From Patescibacteria group bacterium (GTDB lineage: Bacteria > Patescibacteriota > Patescibacteriia > 2-01-FULL-39-33): 32,000 bases of DNA. The DNA is taken from positions 150,001 through 182,000 of the forward strand of contig JBAZRV010000002.1 of NCBI GenBank assembly GCA_041662745.1. The letters are read 5' to 3'. The notes under the pieces were generated by a model. That model was not told the origin of the DNA, did not search any database, and worked only from the letters and a program-made list of their open reading frames with translations. A program made the position numbers and the translations under genes. Shown in pieces: positions 8,169 to 12,556 of the stretch. The number at the start of each line of letters is the position of its first letter. Positions within the stretch are counted from its first letter, which is position 1.

Positions 8169-8263
8169 AAAGTTCAGAATTCGGGCTTAATTTTTGGGGG
8201 AAAATCAGTGCCGTCTGCGACGGCCCGAAAATGCGTTCGAGCTATGTCCATTATCCTCCACCA
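8169..8263. repeat. IR2 right arm (95 bp, element X), ending in TCCACCA just upstream of the ZIP gene
   Basis: Perfect inverted copy of 7184..7278. It contains the hairpin CCGTC-tgc-GACGG nested in TTCGGG...CCCGAA. Confidence 0.95.
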
Positions 8264-8272
8264 ATATATCTT

Positions 8273-9022
8273 ATGATTATGCCAAATATTTTATGGTCAA
8301 TTTCGGCCGTAGCTGTTGTCAGCCTGCTGTCGTTCTCCGGAGCGCTCAGCTTGTTTCTTAACGAAAAGTGGCTGAACAAAGCTTTGATTTATTTTGTCTC
8401 CTTCGCGGCCGGTTCCATGATCGGCGCGTCCTTTTTCCATTTATTGCCCGAAGCCTTAGAAACAATTCCTTCATTAGAGGTTTTTATCGCCGTTTTAGTC
8501 GGTTTCTCGCTTTTCTTCGTCTTGGAAAGATTCTTGCGTTGGCATCATTGCCATAATGGGAAATGCGAAACTCATAATCATTTGGGCTGGCTGAATTTGA
8601 TCGGCGACGGTTTTCACAATGCGATTGACGGCATGGTCATCTTTGCCTCCTTTTTGGGCGGTCCGGTTTTGGGCATACCGGTTACTTTATCCATAATCCT
8701 TCATGAAATTCCGCAGGAATTGGGAGATTTCGGGGTTTTACTATATTCCGGATTTACCAAAAAGAAGGCTTTATTTTATAATTTGTTTTCCGCCTGCATG
8801 GCCTTTGTCGGCGTGTTGCTAGGTTGGATGTTTTATCAACAAAGCGAACTGGTTTCCGCTTTACTTCTGCCTTTTGCCGCCGGCGGTTTTATTTATATCG
8901 CTTCCTCGGATTTGATTCCCGAATTGCATAAGGATAGGAATTTGACCCGCGCTGTTTTATCTTATATTTTGTTTGTTTCGGCTTTAGTTTTCATGTATTT
9001 TATGAAAGTGTGGTTTGAATAG
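8273..9022 (+). CDS. ZIP family metal (zinc) transporter
   Basis: Polytopic membrane protein with a His-rich loop (WHHCHNGKCETHNH) and the ZIP signature HEIPQELGDFGVLL. The ORF-track start 8231 lies inside repeat X, so ATG 8273 (MIMPNILW) is preferred. Confidence 0.8.
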   Translation: MIMPNILWSISAVAVVSLLSFSGALSLFLNEKWLNKALIYFVSFAAGSMIGASFFHLLPEALETIPSLEVFIAVLVGFSLFFVLERFLRWHHCHNGKCETHNHLGWLNLIGDGFHNAIDGMVIFASFLGGPVLGIPVTLSIILHEIPQELGDFGVLLYSGFTKKKALFYNLFSACMAFVGVLLGWMFYQQSELVSALLLPFAAGGFIYIASSDLIPELHKDRNLTRAVLSYILFVSALVFMYFMKVWFE

Positions 9023-9087
9023 ATTAGCTGTTAATTATTTCTTTCCGCCTGTCGGCAGGGTTAGCGTTAAAATATTATCTGGAAATT

Positions 9088-10161
9088 ATGAAAAAAATCA
9101 TATATCTAATCGTTTTTCTGTCAGCGTTTTGGCCGGCTTTGGCATTAGCTCAGTATTCGCCTGTCGGCGATAATCAGAATATTTATTATTATTCCGCCAC
9201 TTGCCCGCATTGTCTTAATGTCCACGAATTTTTTGATCAGTATGATATTTTAAAAAAATATAACATCATAGAGAAAGAGGTGTCGCAGAATCCCAAAAAC
9301 GCCAAGGAGTTTTATGATTTATGCGTGGCTAAGAGCGTGCCGCCCGAGGATATTGGCGTACCTTACTTGCATTTTGAGGGTCAGTGCCTGTCCGGCGATC
9401 AGCCGATCATTGATTTTTTTAAAGCTAAATTGGGACTGATGGAGGAAAGCCAGCCGCCGAACGGCGGTCCGGCAACAGGCAAGACAGATAACGGCTTGAC
9501 GATCGGGGCGGTAACCGTGGCGGCTTTGGCCGATTCCATCAACCCTTGCGCCTTCTCGGTTATGATTTTCCTAATGTTGTCGCTTTTGGCTATCGGCGCT
9601 AAGAAGAGAATGCTTAAGATCGGCATCACTTATATTATTACTGTCTATATCGTTTACTTGGCGGCCGGATTGGGTTTGCTGGCAACCTTTCAATGGCTTA
9701 GCGTCATTAGCAAATATATTTTATGGCTGGCGGCCGGACTGGCGATTATTGCCGGACTAATTAACATTAAAGACTTTTTTTGGTATGGCCAGGGGATTAC
9801 TCTGGCTATTCCCGAAGATAAGAAGCCGCTATTGGAAAAATATATCAAGCACGCCTCACTGCCGGCGGCAATTGTTTTGGGGTTTTTAGTCGCCCTGTTT
9901 GAACTGCCTTGCACCGGCGGATTTTATTTGGCTATTCTGGCCTTGTTGGCTCAAGAAATGACTTATTGGAGCGGGGTGGCTTATTTGCTGTTTTATAATA
10001 TTGTTTTTGTGGCGCCGTTATTTATTATTTTAGCCATTGTGTATAAAGGCGTATCGCCGCAACAGTTGGAGAATTGGCGTACGGCCAAACGCAAATGGCT
10101 ACGGCTGTTGATGGGATTAGTGTTAGTTGTGTTGGGTTTGAGTTTGATATTTCTATTTTAA
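9088..10161 (+). CDS. Thioredoxin-like (CPHC) domain fused to a CcdA/DsbD-type thiol-disulfide transporter
   Basis: Signal/TM segment, then ATCPHCLN. The membrane domain has SINPCAFSV and ELPCTGG, the two conserved Cys motifs of the CcdA/DsbD family. Confidence 0.7.
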   Translation: MKKIIYLIVFLSAFWPALALAQYSPVGDNQNIYYYSATCPHCLNVHEFFDQYDILKKYNIIEKEVSQNPKNAKEFYDLCVAKSVPPEDIGVPYLHFEGQCLSGDQPIIDFFKAKLGLMEESQPPNGGPATGKTDNGLTIGAVTVAALADSINPCAFSVMIFLMLSLLAIGAKKRMLKIGITYIITVYIVYLAAGLGLLATFQWLSVISKYILWLAAGLAIIAGLINIKDFFWYGQGITLAIPEDKKPLLEKYIKHASLPAAIVLGFLVALFELPCTGGFYLAILALLAQEMTYWSGVAYLLFYNIVFVAPLFIILAIVYKGVSPQQLENWRTAKRKWLRLLMGLVLVVLGLSLIFLF

Positions 10162-10182
10162 AATTCTTTTTGATAAATATTG

Positions 10183-10218
10183 CCCACCTTAGTATTGGTT
10201 AAGGTGGGTTTATTTTGT
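10183..10218 (+). terminator. Rho-independent terminator
   Basis: cccacctta-gtattggt-taaggtggg followed by tttattttg. Confidence 0.75.
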
Positions 10219-10243
10219 TTAAAATTAGGTATTATTTATTGAT

Positions 10244-10286
10244 TGTGGATAAACCCCTTGACAAAATATTAATATCGTGAGATAAT
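10244..10286 (+). promoter_or_regulatory. Promoter of the DGR target operon: TGTGGATAA, 5 nt, TTGACA, 17 nt, GATAAT
   Basis: TTGACA at 10258..10263 and GATAAT at 10281..10286. The upstream 9-mer TGTGGATAA (10244..10252) is the reverse complement of the DnaA-box consensus TTATCCACA. The same cassette occurs at 26983..27025. Confidence 0.6.
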
Positions 10287-10370
10287 CTATGCAGTACGTT
10301 ACATCTGGCAGGCCTTAGGCCGGAGAATAGTTCTCCGGTAGGAGGTAAGCCGCAACATGGGAGAAAGACC

Positions 10371-11057
10371 ATGAAAAAGAAGAGTGAGTTCTTGAGTGCC
10401 CTGGGTGTTATGTGGGAGATTTGGAAATCGCTGACGGACGAAATTTTGTCTTTAGGCGGCGATGACGAGGCGATTTGCCTTATTAAGGCGAATAATGATC
10501 TGCGAAGGCAAATGGCCGAATTGGTAATGGCTAAAGCGCGTGACATCAAAGACGCCGCCAAGCAAATCGTCTCGCCGTATCTGACGTCTGTCCATGACCT
10601 CGTCATTGACTTCAGTCAGGATCTCGGGCAGATGATTGCCGCCGGCAAGTATGACTGGACCAACTCCGACATTACCGCCGAGCATTTTCCTCTTAATGGA
10701 GCGGGTAAGCGGAAGGTCCGAGTCGAGTTGCTTCACTTCAATCAGTATTTCAAAAATGGCGATGAAGTGATTGCCAAACTGAAAGAAGTCAATAAGTGGC
10801 TGGCCCAGCAAGGAGCGAACTATCGCTATCGTTTCTCTCGCATTGAAGAGTTTTTGGCTTTGGGCGTGGTCCAACCCGGTCTGCAACGGCAATTTCCCAT
10901 TGCCGCTCTGGGCTCAATTTGGCACCGTGCCGGCCTCCGCGACTTCGCTTACCTCTACGGGTTTGGTGCGGAGCGCGACCTGCGCCTGCGCTGTCTTGAG
11001 TTTGACTTCGGCGGCCCTTGGCGGTTCGCTGTTGTCCGCGAGCATGCCTGCCGGTAG
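10371..11057 (+). CDS. DGR variable (target) protein 1, VR at the C-terminus
   Basis: 228 aa, a paralog of the next gene (GKYDW.NS.I....FP, NGDEVIA.LK, QRQFPIAALGSIWH). The C-terminal 40 aa are encoded by VR1. No obvious signal peptide or TM. Confidence 0.85.
   Translation: MKKKSEFLSALGVMWEIWKSLTDEILSLGGDDEAICLIKANNDLRRQMAELVMAKARDIKDAAKQIVSPYLTSVHDLVIDFSQDLGQMIAAGKYDWTNSDITAEHFPLNGAGKRKVRVELLHFNQYFKNGDEVIAKLKEVNKWLAQQGANYRYRFSRIEEFLALGVVQPGLQRQFPIAALGSIWHRAGLRDFAYLYGFGAERDLRLRCLEFDFGGPWRFAVVREHACR
10918..11039 (+). other. DGR variable region VR1 (122 nt)
   Basis: Aligned by hand to TR 12002..12123. 23 substitutions are all at TR adenines. Three further synonymous non-adenine differences occur in the last 20 nt (cgc/cgg, ttt/ttc, gcg/gct). 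Confidence 0.9.
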
Positions 11058-11066
11058 GCAGGCATG
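11043..11066 (+). promoter_or_regulatory. GC-rich hairpin 3 nt after VR1 (candidate DGR target-recognition element)
   Basis: catgcctgcc-ggta-ggcaggcatg (10-bp stem, 4-nt loop). The target-1 stop codon TAG (11055..11057) spans the loop/stem junction. Confidence 0.7.
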
Positions 11067-11069
11067 TTA

Positions 11070-11090
11070 CCTTGATTCCTTGAACCTTGA
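11070..11090 (+). repeat. Three CCTTGA hexamers downstream of the VR1 hairpin
   Basis: CCTTGA at 11070, 11078 and 11085. Confidence 0.6.
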
Positions 11091-11117
11091 CACCAAAATC
11101 GGAAAAAGGAGGACATC

Positions 11118-11729
11118 ATGAGAACTGTAAGTAAAACCGGAAACAAAAAAGTCAGAACTGGAACTATCTCCGCCATCACTGGCGCGATAATCTGCCAAGG
11201 CGGAAAAGCCAAGGACTTGACTGCGATTGTCAGAAATGATGAATTGCTCAAACAATTGGCCACGACCATTATCGAACTGTCCAAAAAGATCATTCAAGTC
11301 ATTGTTGACTGCACCATGTCGCTCGGCGATATGATCGACGCCGGCAAGTATGACTGGGTGAACTCGAACATCAACGCCAACAACTTCCCGATCAGCAGGA
11401 AGGGTAAGAAGGTGGTCAGCATTGAACTCTGGCATCCCAACAGGTATTTTAATAACGGCGATGAAGTGATTGCCGAGCTGAAAAAAACTAAACCCGGCTA
11501 TCGTTTTACTCAGATTGAAGAACTCCTGGCCTTAGGCGCGGTCCGACCCGATCTGCAACGGCAATTTCCCATTGCCGCTCTGGGCTCAATTTGGCACCCT
11601 GCCGGCGACCGCGACTTCGCTTTCCTCGACAGGCATGATGCGGAGCGCAACCTGTTCCTGGACTATCTTGAGCGTGACTTCAGCGACCGTTGGCGCTTTG
11701 CGGTTGTCCGCGAGCATGCCTGCCGGTAG
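11118..11729 (+). CDS. DGR variable (target) protein 2, VR at the C-terminus
   Basis: 203 aa, with AGGAGG 6 nt upstream of the ATG. It is a paralog of target 1. The C-terminal 40 aa are encoded by VR2. Confidence 0.85.
   Translation: MRTVSKTGNKKVRTGTISAITGAIICQGGKAKDLTAIVRNDELLKQLATTIIELSKKIIQVIVDCTMSLGDMIDAGKYDWVNSNINANNFPISRKGKKVVSIELWHPNRYFNNGDEVIAELKKTKPGYRFTQIEELLALGAVRPDLQRQFPIAALGSIWHPAGDRDFAFLDRHDAERNLFLDYLERDFSDRWRFAVVREHACR
11591..11712 (+). other. DGR variable region VR2 (122 nt)
   Basis: 15 differences from the TR, every one at a TR adenine. The adenine-free 3' 22 nt are identical to the TR. Confidence 0.92.
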
Positions 11730-11739
11730 GCAGGCATGT
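11716..11739 (+). promoter_or_regulatory. GC-rich hairpin 3 nt after VR2 (identical to the VR1 hairpin)
   Basis: catgcctgcc-ggta-ggcaggcatg. The stop TAG at 11727..11729 sits in the same position as in target 1. Confidence 0.7.
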
Positions 11740-11742
11740 TAC

Positions 11743-11771
11743 CTTGATTCCTTGAACCTTGACCCCTTGAA
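11743..11771 (+). repeat. Four CCTTGA hexamers downstream of the VR2 hairpin
   Basis: CCTTGA at 11743, 11751, 11758 and 11766. Confidence 0.6.
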
Positions 11772-11776
11772 TTTTC

Positions 11777-11814
11777 CGCGCGATGACCATAGTTATCGCG
11801 CGGCTTTTATTTTA
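11777..11814 (+). terminator. Rho-independent terminator after the target operon
   Basis: ccgcgcgat-gaccatagtt-atcgcgcgg followed by cttttatttt. A TATAAT at 11828..11833 follows and may drive TR transcription. Confidence 0.7.
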
Positions 11815-12001
11815 TCTAATTTTTTACTATAATAGAGCCAAGGGTTAATACTCCCGCGGCCACGGTTTCGGGATACCCGCAAAATAAACAAGATTGCTCG
11901 GCGTCTGATGTTGGCGGGTTTAAAGACCCCGAATAAAATACAGCCGGAAGATACGGCCTGGCTGTTCAACCGGCAGTGGCTACAGATGGCGTCAGACGAA
12001 T

Positions 12002-12123
12002 TTTGGCACCATGCCGGCAACCGCAACTTCGCTTACCTCAACAGGAATGATGCGAAGCGCAACCTGAACCTGAACTATCTTGAGAATGACTTCAACGACA
12101 ATTGGCGCTTTGCGGTTGTCCGC
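12002..12123 (+). other. DGR template repeat (TR), 122 nt
   Basis: Homologous to VR1 and VR2. It contains 31 adenines, including 10 AAY codons when read in the VR frame (GNRNFAYLNRNDAKRNLNLNYLENDFNDNW). The 3' 22 nt are adenine-free. Homology to the VRs stops at ...gttgtccgc. Confidence 0.92.
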
Positions 12124-12556
12124 TATCAATTTTGTTTTCCGTCCTCGCTGTTGGCGGGGATGTTTTTTCCAAACCGATTTTCCACGCATAGGCCAACCGT
12201 CCGATTTCCTCAATTTTAAGCGCCAAATCGCGGAATTTATTATCATTAAATAGCTTCATTTCCCAGCACAGCCGCAAATAAAATTTCAGCAGATCGATTT
12301 TTTTTATTGATTTTATTGCCGGTTTTAATTTTTTGTCTTTCGGCAGATATTGGGCGGTGGCCAGTATTTCCAATAGTTCCAGAAATATCTGATCCAGGCG
12401 GATGCCCAAGGTAAAGCGAGATGTTTTGGGAAAATTTTTTAACCAATCATGCCAAAGTTTGTAGGCAGCGATGGTTTTGCCCAGAACCAGTAAATTTCCC
12501 GTCGGGGGGGGGGATTTAAAGGATGAATTATGAGAAATAAGATCAGATTGAGTCAT
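12092..12556 (-). CDS. avd: Avd-like accessory protein (four-helix-bundle / 23S rRNA IVS protein family), start uncertain
   Basis: AYKLWHDWLKNFPKTSRFTLGIRLDQIFLELLEILATAQYLPK...IDLLKFYLRLCWEMKLF...LALKIEEIGRLAYAWK matches the four-helix-bundle family I recall next to CPR DGR RTs. It is on the opposite strand to the TR and RT. The 3' end overlaps the TR (12092..12123). The ATG 12556 start overlaps the RT start. Confidence 0.7.
   Translation of the reverse strand: MTQSDLISHNSSFKSPPPTGNLLVLGKTIAAYKLWHDWLKNFPKTSRFTLGIRLDQIFLELLEILATAQYLPKDKKLKPAIKSIKKIDLLKFYLRLCWEMKLFNDNKFRDLALKIEEIGRLAYAWKIGLEKTSPPTARTENKIDSGQPQSANCR
12504..12513. repeat. G10 homopolymer tract
   Basis: Ten consecutive G residues 16 nt upstream of the RT ATG (12530). 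On the minus strand it encodes PPP within the long form of the avd ORF. Confidence 0.9.

Larger units (their letters stand above)
5571..8263. mobile_element. Putative serine-recombinase integrative/invertible element between tRNA-Val and the ZIP transporter gene
   Basis: The recombinase gene lies next to a tRNA 3' end. TCCACCA occurs as a 7-bp direct repeat at both outer borders (5571..5577 and 8257..8263). Internal perfect IRs are present. The cargo ORF has lower G+C. Boundaries and mobility are inferred. Confidence 0.45.

Noticed and set aside
8169-8263. Element X as a tRNA, tRNA fragment or tmRNA 3' domain, because it ends in CCTCCACCA and contains GTTCGAGC
   Set aside because: I tried to fold a T arm and acceptor stem. 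The sequences flanking TTCGAGC do not pair (atgcg vs tatgt), and no matching 5' acceptor strand (GGAGGAT) lies upstream. It is kept only as an unclassified structured repeat.
8231-8272. ORF-track start of the ZIP transporter at 8231 (MRSSYVHYPPPIYL...)
   Set aside because: These codons lie entirely within repeat X, and the same peptide appears in a spurious minus-strand ORF at the other X copy. ATG 8273 gives a normal ZIP N-terminus.
10244-10252. Perfect DnaA-box 9-mers (also at 26983..26991) as evidence for a replication origin
   Set aside because: There are only two boxes, 16.7 kb apart, each embedded in a promoter. There is no cluster, no adjacent dnaA/dnaN and no obvious AT-rich unwinding element. 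They are treated as promoter-associated motifs.
10452-11435. Minus-strand ORFs 10452..10892, 10955..11293 and 11067..11435, and plus-strand ORFs 10843..11121 and 11572..11832
   Set aside because: They are antisense or off-frame shadows of the GC-richer DGR target genes. They have no RBS, odd composition, and overlap better-supported CDSs.
11070-11771. CCTTGA hexamer arrays (and the CCATAAGC octamers at 18904..18932) as CRISPR-like arrays
   Set aside because: The repeat units are 6-8 nt with 1-8 nt gaps, far too short for CRISPR repeats and spacers. No cas genes are in the window.
11908-12219. 103-aa ORF in the track spanning the TR
   Set aside because: It is the TR read in the VR frame, with an Asn-codon-rich core. 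It has no RBS and runs into the antisense avd gene. It is better explained as the non-coding template repeat than as a third target gene.
12246-12446. Minus-strand ORFs 12246..12446 and 11992..12246 near avd
   Set aside because: They are alternative frames overlapping the better-supported Avd-like ORF and the TR. They have no family resemblance.
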